This document shows positions 36,901-49,407 of a DNA stretch of 64,000 nt, one piece after another. The stretch comes from Takakia lepidozioides (Eukaryota > Plantae > Bryophyta): NCBI GenBank assembly GCA_030704615.1, contig CM060731.1, forward strand, positions 46,748,001 through 46,812,000, written 5' to 3'. Within the stretch, counting starts at the first letter, position 1, and every line of letters begins with the position of its first letter. The position numbers were made by a program, and so were the translations under genes. Under the pieces are notes generated by a model. It saw only the letters and a list, made by a program, of their open reading frames with translations. It did not search any database and was not told the DNA's origin.

Positions 36901-38984
36901 TCAGTCTGAACTAGGGGATGCTAGGGTCACCTTGCTTGCTGTCCGCAGTCGTATGGGCCCCCTTAAAGGACCTGTAGGATCAACCATCCTCCCTTTCTGT
37001 GGAGCAGGCCCAGACATACACGAAAAACGTTTCAACAACAATTCTCACCATGACTGATCTTCTACTGAAACTGCCATAGTGCACTATATTTCTGTACCCC
37101 AACAAGCATCATGAGGGGTCCGGTAGAGACAAATCGATGAGTGAGAGTGATCCACAAAAATGTGACAATGAGTGCAGTAAAAATTTGCAAGTTAAGGGTC
37201 TCGACCTGCGTAATCTCAATCAAACCACTGAGTGCCATTTGGCGAGCCACCTGCAAGCATCAAATGCTATTCAGGGAGATGACAATGCCTGCTTGACTAA
37301 CAGATCCTATGAGCCTGCTGTGCTCAATTATGGAGTGCAAGTTGAACTTTGCCAGATAGAGGAAAAGGGCAAACCTCCCGTGTTGTCTCCATTAGGGGCC
37401 TGCAGTCACCCCAAAGACGAGCATAAATAATTAATATCTAATGAGGGCACCTACCGAAATGATAACTAGACTTTCCCAGACAGCTACAGAATGGACGAGA
37501 CGAAACCTCTCTCTCTTCCCTTTTGTCTGCCCAAACTGGGGACAGGTCTATGGCCACAAGGCTATGGAAAACGTCTTATGAGTACATTCTCTCTCTCTCT
37601 CTCTCTCTTTTTGTGTTTGTGGCCCTGTGGATCGGAGCTGAATCCTTGAAAGTAGGACAACATAGGCTGTGAGAAATCTATGACAGTCTCATACTGAAAT
37701 TGTGACCAAATTGGTCATATCTGAGGGCTCAATGGCCACACATGGCTTCTGTGTACAACATGAGCATGCTTTCACCTTACATCCCTTGTCATTAATCTTG
37801 ACATCTTTCTGTTAGCTTTGGACACCAAAACAAAAGCATTCTTATTTGTGTGCCTCCTGCATGCCTACCAAGCTAGAATTCTGTGCTTTCTCTAATGAGT
37901 ACAATCCCGCATAGAGGTCCTTCCTTTCCCCCCTTTATTTCTCTACAACCCTGCACTTGAGGAAACTTGAAAAAAGACAAACAGGTCCAAACTAGGGCCT
38001 GACCTCCAGTTCTGGGGCTCGAGTGCTCTTGCTGAATCACCACCCATCACCCATTCAGTACTGATTAAAACGTGACCCAAAACAATTATGTTAATCACAT
38101 ATGTACTTAAAAATGCAAACAGCTGATGACAAAATTCCTTAAAATTGCCACAGTGAATGACTCTGTGAAGCCTGTGAACAGATGCCACATTTTGGTCAGG
38201 CCTACCAAGTTCCTCAGAGAAGGTACTGACCCTCCTTTCTGGAAGTGCGGGCAGTATTCAGCTCATGCATGATGAAGCTGTATCATGGCTGGACTATTTA
38301 ATCATAGCAACCAGACGTGACAAGGTTGAAAATATCAAGACACGTTGGACACACAGGACTTTCCTGAGGAACCTGCCAAGCGACGTTGCTGTAGAAGATT
38401 TTCAGGGCTTGGTTAGAATACAGCTATATCGATTACACCCCGAGTTTTATCCGATGGCACGAGATATTGTGTGGTAAACCCAGAAAGCTAATACCCTAAA
38501 CCCTGAGCAAGGGAGGCAGAAATTTACGGGCTTCAGAGGGACACATGGTGGATGTGGGGGGCCGTCTCTGTAGAAGCTCCAAAATTTTTGATTGAAGCTG
38601 TCCCTGAACTGCGTTGCCCTGTCAGCGTTCAACATCCCACTCAATCTAGCACCATAGGCCAAGTGGGAAAATGATGCGCACTAAGGCTAAAACAGACAAC
38701 CGAACAATGTGAACTTGGACTGTTGGTCAGCCTTGAGACAAACAGCTGAGCTTCTCAAAGGTGCTGGATCCTTCTGAGGCAGGTGATATCTTCACCTGTC
38801 TTTGCAGTGCTTGATCAGGAGAGGCATTTTCCTCTGACTCACCAGCTTCCCGTCTCCTTTTTGCAGAGTTAATGCCACCAGAAAGATCAAACAAGCATTC
38901 AACAGAATTTGATGAAGGGGGCTCTCTGTCTAGCTGTCTTTGCAAGCCTCTCCTTTTCCTACATGGGTTTCCAGAAAGTTCCAT
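36901..38984 (-). CDS. DUF3253 family protein, 6 exons, ~157 aa
   Basis: Exons 38984-38796, 38618-38528, 38031-38004, 37399-37375, 37250-37206, 36996-36901 splice in phase to ..KILELLQRRPPTSTMCPSEAPRALEPQNWRPLMETTREVARQMALSGLIEITQKGRMVDPTGPLRGPIRLR.., the DUF3253 signature (CPSE.ARAL..WR.LM..G.IEITQKG..VDP..GPIRLR). Confidence 0.88.
37528..37607 (+). mobile_element. Short 3'-tail fragment of the (CT)n LINE in a DUF3253 intron
   Basis: caaactgggg..tatggccacaaggctatggaaaacgtcttatgagtacattctctctctc. Confidence 0.8.
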
Positions 38985-40642
38985 AGCTTCTCTACTGGAA
39001 AAGTTACAAAATGTGCCTCCGGACTCTAAGCATCAAATTGCATTTTCTCAAGGGGCGACGAGGAGACAGAAGAGAGCAAAAGAAGACGCGGGCACGACAC
39101 GAGCGGCTTTTCCCCGACTGCGACTAAAGCTTAACCGTGGTTGACTCAATGGCTACACCTGTGATGGAGTCTACTTATTAGATTTTTTCTTGAGTTTCGG
39201 TAAAGGGGAGAGAAGACGGTCTAGCGGGGTGATGATCAAATTGATTTGCGAGAGAGATCCTAAGCAGCCAACCTCAGCCTGGAAACCTTGTCTAGCAACT
39301 CTCACCCACCATAGCCAAAAGGGCTAAGACTTCCTCAACTGGGTGCTAAGGGTCGGTAAAAGGGAAGAGCAACCGACCTCGTCCCCATCGACCTGAGCCA
39401 TCATTCAGCACACACACAGCTCATACTTCTCATATTCTCGCATACTCTCAATGTAAATCCGCCTTGAGGAATTGCTCTCATGGCTTCTTGGCTACATCAT
39501 TCAATCCTCCATCTGCACTCACTTGCCCATTTTTTCTCAAGCTGCAGGGACAGTAATTTCATGGGCAAGATTCCTCCCCATTGCAAGGCAGTTATGCAGT
39601 TCACAGTTCAAAGTTCAAACTTCACACCTATCCAGCTCCTTTAACTAATGTGTTGTTTCTTCGTTACTAACCTTCTGTTACGTTTCTATTCCGTTTGTTA
39701 GCAGAACACTTGTTTTTGGCTGACTAGTTAGTTTTCCATTTGATAACAGAAGGAACTCTTACTGGGTTTTCATTTGTTAACAGAAAGGAGATCGAGGGAG
39801 GAAGCAGTGAGGCAGAGATGTTGAGAGGGGGAGAAACAGGGGGAGGGGAAAGCGAGTAATCTGTGAAGGATTCGGGTCTCTGTCTGGCTTATATCTGTGG
39901 GTTAGCTCAATTTCATGTAGAAATGCGCCTGCTTCACAAGTGTTATGGCCTCTCTTCTTTCTTGTCTCCGTCTCGGCCCTGTTTGTCGTACAGGGCTCTT
40001 GTGGCGCCAACACCGAAAGGCCCATTTTTGGAAGAAGCTTCCTCTGTGTCAAATCCTCTAACAGTTGGCCCCATACTCTCAGGTTCTTCCTCCTAAACCA
40101 CGTGGATGTTTGTTCACACATTGTCTTGTAAGGAAATGCATGTTGCTTATTCGTTCTGGCTTTTTTGTTAATTCATTGTGTTGATTTTTCTAGATGATGA
40201 AATATGCTTCCGGACACAACCAAAGCCCTGCCCTACGTGGGTTTAGTTACGGTTAACCTCCAGCTTCTCTGTTACAGATTTACTGCAAAAGATTGCATGA
40301 GAGTGAAATGATGAGCATTCGTAGATCGCCCCAGCTGATTGGCCTTTGCCGGTCCACACAATGCTCAACAGCCAAAGTGAAATTAAAGTGAAATTTCCGG
40401 ACAATCAGCTGTGATAGTGTAGTATGAAAGGTGTCCATATTGATCCGCCCATTCCGCACTCCATCAACATTGAAAATTCTTCTTGGATCTGAGACCAACG
40501 CTCTATCAGCAAAGTGGTTATCGCGGCTGTGTGTGATGGTTGGTTTACTCACAACCTGCAAGATCGGCCTAGTGGGAGCCAATCCACAGTCATGCCCTTC
40601 CCCCATCCTTCTAGTGAAACCGACGAGCAGTGTGAGCGCCAT

Positions 40643-42880
40643 ATGGCCTTGCCGTTGCTGCAGACCCGCCTAATTCATCATTACGATCGGTTTTGTATCT
40701 TTCCTGTGAGCTTTACTGTTGAGACATTTTGGAGAGCCGACACTTCCTGAAAGACATTGTGTTGACCAGCCTGGTACACTCCAGTTAGGTTTGACCAGGC
40801 TTTTTGAGAGATCCGATCAGGTAGTTAGAGAAAATTATATCTTGGTTAATCTAGTTTGACTATCCTTTGCAGCTCTTTTTTTAAGTTAACAACTGTTTGG
40901 AAGGCCTCTAAATTGTTGTGGCAGGAGAATGGGTAAAACATCGAAGGCTTGCTGCAGACACAGTTGCTGCTTAACAAGTGATGTGTTTCAAATCAAAACT
41001 CATAATTGTACCATAATAACAGATCTCCTAGTGGTATTATGCAGGAGAGGACCAGGTCCAAAGACACAACTATGGCCAAGGGTTGATAACGAGTCAAAGG
41101 GAGTTGCATTGCACAGGGGGCTTGGCATCAACCCATATGTTGCAAACAGTGAGGATTGGTAGAAGAGAGGCCTCCAGCTTGAAAAGTCAAAGGAGAGGGT
41201 TACAACTTCACCCCACTGTAGGTGCAGAATTGTCACTCAGACCCCGTGTCGTCATCTATGATGGTGTTTGCCATCTCTGCAATGCTGGTACTTCTTTCAG
41301 ACCACTACTATTATTACAGGCATTGTTCCGGATCTGATTTCTGCCTCCCACAGTATTTTTAAATTTGATTTGTTGTTACAAAGGATGATGTGGAGACCCC
41401 AAACATACCAAACCTTGCTTGTCTTCTCTTGTGCTATCCCGGCTGATGCTCTGTCATTCCTAGTGTCAAAAGAGTCATTCAATCCCTGTTCTTTAAACAA
41501 CTATGGTCTGCAAAACCGTTGTTGGCGTTGTACTGCAACTAGGAATTATTCTGTGCCCAGTCAAATCCATCTATATATCCATCGATGGTGAAATTTTGCT
41601 TCTGGAAGGCAGCGTATATGTGTGTATATCCATAAATGAAGCTGACTGGACATTGTCGGGTGGTAGGGGTGCGTTGGATAATACAGGCTGACAAGAAGAA
41701 GCAAATTTCTTTCTGTGCCGTCCAATCTCGGGCAGCGGAACCATACTTGCTCGCACTTGGATTAACCCGCGAGAACGTTCTTCGCCGTTTTGTATTTGTT
41801 GAAGGCCCTAGTGTTTGCCACCAGGCCTCTACTGGTAAGATTTCCTTACTGAAGTGATCATTCTAAACATTAAGTTGGTTCTATGTTAGATTTGTGATTC
41901 ACTCGTGTAAAAGGTGAAATTGGAACATGGCCAAGGATTTCAGAGCCCTTCGATTGGGCTGAAATGATGTTGCAGATGCACGTCCATGTGACCAGGCTGC
42001 ACAACGACTTTCATGGCTCATCCAGTCACCAAATTTGGTTATATCGTTTCTTTTATATGAGCCACTAACCAAGGCTATCTGTGGAATATGTAGTGTGTAA
42101 ATATCATGTGTCATCCTCGCTGACAACAGTAGTGCCACGTGCCTCCGTGGTGACAAGCCAGGTGCATGGTGAGGGTGTGACGTTGTACAGATCATTTGGA
42201 TGTATGCAGGTGCGAGGGAGGCAGGCTAGAGAGAATAATAAGGGGAAGAGAAGATGAGGGTTATTATCAGTGAGCTTATACAACTTCACCCTACTTTAGA
42301 TGGAGGGTCTGACTTTGGTACAAGCAGACACAATGGTTTAGTATGGGTTGCAAGGAGAGTCCCCAGGGATGTAAGTACTAAAAAAGTAGAAATTTAAATA
42401 CCCACTGAAATATAAACCTTAGAAGCACATATATCGGAGAACTACTAAACGTTGTATAGATTGTACTCATAAGAAGTTGTTTGCCGTAGCCTTGTGGCCA
42501 TTGACCCCGCGCCATTGACTAAACGTTGTATAGAGACAGTGTCTAACGCTGTACCTGCCAGGCACTGGGGCAGGCCAGGACAAGAGAGAGAGCATAGAGT
42601 ATAGGGAAATGTCTTCTAATTTGCAGAGTGCTCCATGGCAGCTGCCCTCAAGGTGGCATCGTATCTGCCTCCACCTTATTCAGCCCTCACGATCCTGATG
42701 GTTTTCCCTGTACCCATCCGAGATGCTGTGTATGATTACGTGGCAAAGCGGCGGTATGAATGGTTTGGCAGGTCCTCTGAGTGCATTGTGCCAGATGAAG
42801 ATGTGTGGGATCGTTTTGTTGACAAAAGAGAGCTACAGGAACTGGCATTGCAAGATGAATCTGAAGAGGAGGAAGGTTGA
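40643..42880 (+). CDS. DCC-family thiol-disulfide oxidoreductase, probably organellar
   Basis: Confident exons 41045-41287 (VVIYDGVCHLCNAG, the DxxCxxC motif), 41667-41834 (FCAVQSRAAEPYL) and 42642-42880 (PIRDAVYDYVAKRRYEWFG). The start exons 40643-40689 and 40925-40977 are tentative but fit in phase. Confidence 0.88.
42461..42517 (-). mobile_element. 57-bp 3'-terminal insertion of the (CT)n LINE with a 17-bp target-site duplication
   Basis: Reverse complement of the family's 3' end, flanked by actaaacgttgtataga at 42444-42460 and 42518-42534. Confidence 0.9.
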
Positions 42881-44395
42881 ACCATGGCAAACAAGTCAAA
42901 GTAACAATCGACACTTATCATGCAGATTCTTACACGCCACTCCACTGGCATGCCTGAGTTGGGGCCAGACATCCTTTTGGAGCAGCTTGTGGCAAACATA
43001 TTGTCACTGCAAACCACCACTGTGTGACTTTGCATCCCACATCCTGTCCTTGGACCCAACCTTTTTGGTCCACAGATAAGAGTTACAACTTGGTGTTCAT
43101 ACCATATGATTCGTAACATTCAGAGCCAAGGTCATGATCCAGCATTTAAACACACATTAATGCAAGTAGTCAAAGTCTAAGGATGTTTACAAGCACTGGG
43201 CTCTCCCACCAGTTTCTTGAGAATATGTAATGTACAGGACTTCAATCTACTACTTCCACCTGAGTTTATGATAAACCCTGTATGTCCATTGAGAGGCTGG
43301 ACAACATAGTTACCTCCGTTCACTTGGAGATATTACGATGATAGTTACATTCGCCGACTTGCAGACCATTCTTTTTGGGGGCTGTTGAGGTTGATTTTCA
43401 CCTGTCAAGCAGTGGTTGCTGCAGAACGGTCTGTTTGCAGGTATAGGTACACAGCTGCTATGCACCTGACCAACCTCCCCACTGCAGTCCCGCCAAGGGC
43501 TCCTCAGCTAAGATTCGCCAGGACACCTATGCTGTGGTTTTTCAAGCAGCCTGCAATCAGCCAGTTAAGGGTTGGGTGACCCACAGCGTAATCGCTCTGT
43601 CACAACCCCCAACACACTTATAGATGCACTTATGTCAAGCACAGCAGAGCAGCCAGAGTATGTGAAGTGCCCTGCCTGACACAGTGTCTTCTAATGTAGC
43701 AGATGGCAACAAGCACCCGCTCCATGAATCAGAAGCATCATTAGAAGTCCTCTGCACTCTTGATCATGAACCTTCAGGAGAAATGTCTCTTTTAATCCTC
43801 CTCCTATGCAACCAAGAATCATGACCCTTACACATCATGGGGATGTAGTTCTCCTCATGAAAACATGTTGCCTAAAACATGACCACAGGGGGATAAGAGC
43901 AACCCTAGGAACCCTAAGAACCCTAGGAAGAAGTAGGTAAGGTCTGCTGAATATTGCATATGCGATATCCACTTCCATAAGGGCTAGTAACTTACACAGA
44001 AACTAGTCAATACACAGATAATGAAGCCCCATAACATTGAACCAATTTACTGTACAACCCACATAGAGTCAAGTGGAAAAGTAATGCCCAGGACTGCAAG
44101 TGGTGGTAAGTAATGTGTTAACCAATTCACATTTACAGATAACCAAAATTGTAATGGCAACAAAAATGTCTCATTTCATAATCTGTCATCACCCTCCGCA
44201 AATTCGTACAACAGTCACCATCCCAACACAATGGCCTTCTTTTGTTCTGTTAGGAACCCTACCTCCTACAAAACCTCATCTCACCAACCCTTCATTCCAG
44301 GGTCAGACCAGCACTGCACCAGGCTTCAATTGGAAGCAGCCACATTTGTCTCCAGAGCTAAGGAATCCCCTCTCCAAGGGGCTCACTACTCATAG

Positions 44396-47300
44396 CTACC
44401 GGAATATGCTACTCACAGAGCAGTCATCGTGCACCCGCCAGATGGTTTCTCCAAGAAGGTTGGCCACTGACAACACAGTCAACTGTGGAAAGTAGTTCTC
44501 TTCCTTCACCGGTATTGTGTTGGTAATAATCACTTCCTGGAACAGCCCTCCTGATAGTCGCTCAATTGCCGGTGGGCTGCAGATCAAGCACAATACAGAA
44601 TTTTCAGATCACGAGTTGATTTCTCCCCGCTACACCTTGCTTATTCATTACTCTTCCCTGCTCTCCCTGCTCCTCAACTCCATGTGATATAAGTCAATTT
44701 ACCCTGCGTTTTACATACCCTTGCTGGGCCAGGGGGAGTTATTGACACGGACAACATGGACAACTGGTAAAGTCCGTCAGAGAGAAGTTTATTAAATAAA
44801 ACTGCACAGTGTTTCCACCTCAGCAGTAAAAGTCTCATCATCCGGGTCGATTGGACAAATAACTGATAGAGCCACAACCCGACAGAATGGTAAAGTCCGT
44901 CAGAGATAAGTTTATTAATTAAAACTGCACAGTGTTTCCACCTCAGCAGTAAAAGTCTCATCATCCGGGTCGATTGGACAAATAACCGGTAGAGCTACAA
45001 TACAACAGACCATGTACCCATAATGGGAGTTGCCCGGAAGAACAATTGGCACCCAAAAAAGATTTCAAGAGAATAGAGTTACCTAAAGACAGCGTGCGTA
45101 GAGCACGCGTACACTTCTCGGGCTCCTTCAGCATGAAGAAGCGCAGCCCCGTTAGCAATGGTACCTACAGCACCAATGACCAATCGAATATAAGCGCACT
45201 CCATGAGTAGTCTAATCTGCAAATGTAAATTAGTGGATGCAAACTTGTAGCATCACCAACAGACATGCAGCTTGCCAACTCTCAGCTGACATAGCTGCAC
45301 CACTAACAGCAATGATGTGAGCCACACAGAAGTACACCTGCAGTATCGATCATATCGTCCACCATTACAGCCACCTTGCCTTTGACATCACCTATCAAGT
45401 TCATCACCTGCAAGTACACACTCCCCTCATCACTTGTCATTGCACATTTTTCGGCTCTTGAAAGGAAGGAAAGCTTTATGTCACTACTCGAGTTCGCTAA
45501 TTAGCTGATGTAACCCACGTTATACCTTTGCGCTTATCCTTGTGCCTCTGTCAATATGACCTATGTTCCTCATGTAAAGTTCCCCTCAATCTCCTTACAC
45601 CCTAATGCACACATCTCTATTCTCCTCCAATTTTGCCCTTCAAATCAGAACAACGTCAACAAGCCAGTCTTTGACATGATAGCGATAGATGCTTGCAATA
45701 TGAGGGTCACTGGAATAGTAATATACCTCAGAGACATTGTGGCCATGCCTCCTTTTATCCACAATAGCAAGTGGTGCATCTGACAACTTTTTGGCAAATG
45801 CGCGTGCTCGAGTCACTCCCCCCACGTCAGGGGACACCACTACCAAGTCATTTGATGAAATCATCTTGCTTGCCAGGTAGTCAAGAATCACAGGCTGGAA
45901 AGATCAAACGGGAGAACAACCCCTTAAAGATGGGCTCAAGAAAAGAAAGTGAAAACCTAGGCCTAAGACAACTCAGAAGCCAGCCTTACAGAAGGCTTGT
46001 TGGGTCAATTGACACTAGCACTGTCTTGCTCCTCTGATCTTTTTTCATCAAAGCAATGCCTCAATAAGTTTATAAAAGCCTCCACGTCCTCTTAAGTCAG
46101 AAACACATGTAAGTTGACTTGAAAAGGCGAGCAGATTGGGGAACAATCGTGACTGATCCACCCAATTTGAGGTGGGTTGAACCTCTGGTTAAGATTGAAT
46201 ATTTCTCTTTTCAGGGTTGCTAACTTTGGGCTTGCTGTCCAAGCATTGTGCAATACAGAGAGTAAAGCAAAGCTACTCCTGAATAATGGCTAGCAAGCAT
46301 GCATAGTCAGTCTGTCTAAGGAAACAATTTGGTATGGAGGAAGACATGAGGAATAGAAAAGGCCAAAAACATTGCCAGGTGACATTCAAACAGATTGATG
46401 CTGCAACTGACCTGCCCATACACATGGTCGACAGGGATGTCAAAGTAGCCCATGGACTGGCCTGAATGCAGGTCACAAGCAAGCACACGATTCGCTCCAG
46501 CTTCTGTGATCAAGTTGGCTACCAGTTTTGCAGCAATTGATTCTCGACCTTGTGTCTGTCATATAAAACAAGCCCAGTTCCATGCCATTAATGGCCTCTT
46601 TGCTGATGCTCCACCCAGTAATTGCCGAATCAAAGAGAAGGCAAGGTTAGTTCCCAATAGGTAGGAACCAGCATGCAGAGGAAACACAAAGGCGAAAAGG
46701 CAAGCTTAGTTCTCAATATGGTAGGTACTAGCATGCAAAGGAAACACAAAGGCCAAAAACAAAGCACAAATATTGCTTCTTGCCTTTACTACATCCTTCT
46801 TCCCCACCGACAATCAAAACAAATGCAGAAGTGGGTATTGATTCTCTGTGTCAGCGCCCTCAACCAAAGATCCGCACACTCCCTCATCTTTCCTCCACTC
46901 GGCAAGATTTATGCCGTTAGACACACACTACAAGGCTCTACAACCATCACTTTGTCTCCTATCTTGACTTTTTATCTTCAGATATCAAGTTGGCAAGCTT
47001 ACTTTTCGATCTGCTCGGGCATAGCCAAAGTAAGGGATCACAGCTGTGATGGTCTTAGCAGATGCACGACGGCATGCATCAATCATGATAAGCAGCTCCA
47101 TCAGATTCTCGTTTGCAGGAGGACACGTGGGTTGCACTAAGAACACATCACACCCCCGCACACTCTCTTCCAATTGCACATAAATCTCGCCATCTGCAAA
47201 GCGCTTGATTTTGATCATCCCCAAATTGAGACCCATGTAACAAGCAATTTCCTGCAATGGTATCATACACAGAAAAACATCAGCAGTTGCCTTTGAGTAC

Positions 47301-48427
47301 GTATGGAATATCACTCACAAGTGCCCTTCCAATCCCTGTGAACACTGGACAGCTGCTGACAATCTCCAGTCTAGTATTCGGTCTAAAGTGCCCTTCCAAT
47401 CTGAGTGATCACAAGACAGTTGGCCATCTCATGAATAATATTAGGTCTGAAGAAAAACGAATACTACAGAAGGTCAGGTGGCGTCACCCGCAAGACAGCA
47501 GGTGGTCACTGATAGCAACTCTACCTGCGAAAGCTGCTCATTTGCAGTGCCTGAAAAAATCTTGAGACGACTGTCAGACCGCATACCCCTCAACCCCACA
47601 TCTTGCAGCGCCCTTGACCCAAGCACACCATTCCAATTTTCCTGTTGCATTGCAGGCACTACAGGCCTTCCGTTCCATGAAACAGACGAATTTGGTGACG
47701 AATTGGCCACCACGCATCTCTGCAATTCACCACTCTTTAACACTTTCGACCTTCATGACAGTAACCCAAGATGTATGTTATTTCGTGCACGGCTCAGACT
47801 TATTACCGGTTGATTAGCTGGCTCAGACTGTGTAATTCAACGGATGATTCCATACAAAAGTAGAAGTTATGGGTAGGTCGCAAGTGGGAAATATCCTCCT
47901 TACGTAATAGCCAACGACTGACGCATAAAACCAAAGCAATCATCAGGACGCATATACGGTTCACCTGGCACCTTGAACCAGACCACAAACTACGACCCAT
48001 GCTGGCACCCAATACCCCCCCACACAAGACCAATAAAACACGCAGCTCCGCAATTCACAACGCCCAGAGCGCAACCCAAAACCGCATAAGCAGCACAGAA
48101 GCCAAAACAGAGAAACAGCAACGGAGGGGGAAAAAAAACCAAAAACAGCAACAAAAAGAAAAAACAGAAGGGGCGCAGCTGGAGAAGGGGCGCAGGATGT
48201 TCAAACACACAAAGAAACAGAGCGAGCACAACACTCACGGGCTGGAAAGACGATTGATGCACCAAGCGCAGCGGCGGCTGCGCAGACATGGCCTCTGAAA
48301 AGCGCACAGCATTGTCCCCCATCACAAACGATCCCGCAGCAGGCTGCCGCAGCGCTGCGGGCGCTCGGGGCTCCAGGCCCCGCACGCTGCCGCAGCCGCA
48401 TGGCGCCCCCGCTCGCAGCCCCGCCAT
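44396..48427 (-). CDS. PRS: Ribose-phosphate pyrophosphokinase (class I PRPP synthetase), plastid type, 8 exons
   Basis: Exons 48427-48239, 47719-47525, 47251-47003, 46555-46412, 45894-45727, 45407-45338, 45164-45083, 44576-44396. Motifs [53 protein letters not shown]. Confidence 0.96.
44765..45000. repeat. Tandem duplication with 123-bp period in the last PRS intron
   Basis: tggtaaagtccgtcagag... at 44765 and 44888. Confidence 0.92.
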
Positions 48428-49275
48428 CGCCCGCCCTCACACTCTGCCCCGCTGCGCTCTCTCAGATAGCTCCCCGTTCCAAGACACTCCACACCCTCCT
48501 CTCGCCACGTGCCTTTATGCGGGCAGGCCGCGGCCTGCCCGCACACAGCCGCCTCGGTAGCGTCACTTTTCTTTTTCTCTCTGTTCGAGAGAACTGCTCG
48601 TTACGATCTGTTTGGCATATCCTGGGAATATTCGACCGGAGGGCTAGGCTGCCCCGCTGCGAAGCAACCGGGTGGCACAACGTGGGGGGCCACGTGTGCA
48701 GGTGGGGTTGACTCTCCGCTCGCATTCCGTTGAGGATTTTTTAGTGCTTTTATTATAACGTCATTTGTGCTTTTTTAGACTACTAATATTCTGTCCCCTG
48801 TTCGGGTATATATATATATATATTCGTTATATTTCGATTTTTCCTTGTCCACGTCAGTCTACACATAACGGACATAAAAGACCGCTTAGAATTTCCTGTT
48901 GTTAAAATCGTTACCTTCGTTTCGTGCGGACAGGAGGACGTACTTTACGCCAGCCGTATGACAGGTAGGGCCTTACAAAATTCATAACCGATTTTTCGAT
49001 GCATCTCGAGTACGTGTCTACTAACGACTGGCGTACTGGCGGCTGGTTACAGGTGGTAACGTGCGACCCTCAAAAGATTTTAGAACGGCTGCGCATGGAT
49101 GACTGTCACTCTCGATGTTTCGAAACCGGTTATGTCCAGTAACCGGCTGGAGGCCACGCTTACCCCATGCAACTTCAGCGCTAAAGCGCCTCAGCTACAT
49201 GCGGTAACCCGTGGCGTCTCGCCGGTTACCTGTAACGATTTTGTGCGGGCACAGGCTGGTTTTTTGCTGCCTCCA

Positions 49276-49407
49276 GAGGGCAGCTGATGTGACCCTTCCA
49301 CCATTTACTTAAGAATGCGTGAACAAGGGCGGTCGCCGGCGTTGTTCATGACGTTCGAATTGTTCACAATGTTCGAAAATGGTGGAAGGGCCTCATCAGC
49401 TGGCCTC
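49276..49407. repeat. Long imperfect inverted repeat / stem-loop (MITE-like or pre-miRNA-like)
   Basis: 31-bp arms at 49276-49306 and 49377-49407 with ~3 mismatches, plus an inner stem gaatgcgtgaacaa/ttgttcatgacgttc. Confidence 0.75.

Noticed and set aside
43901-43930. Telomere-like aaccctag repeats
   Set aside because: Only three imperfect 9-bp units, not a TTTAGGG array.
46640-46760. ~59-bp imperfect tandem repeat in a PRS intron
   Set aside because: Ordinary local duplication with no further structure.
799-48427. Functional cluster of plastid-related genes (helicase, PPR/OSB, kinase-like, DCC, PRS)
   Set aside because: No shared pathway; organelle-targeted genes are common, and targeting is inferred only.
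48967-49253. Possible hAT-like MITE (tagggccttacaaaat ... attttgtgcgggcacag)
   Set aside because: The terminal match is weak and there is no 8-bp TSD.
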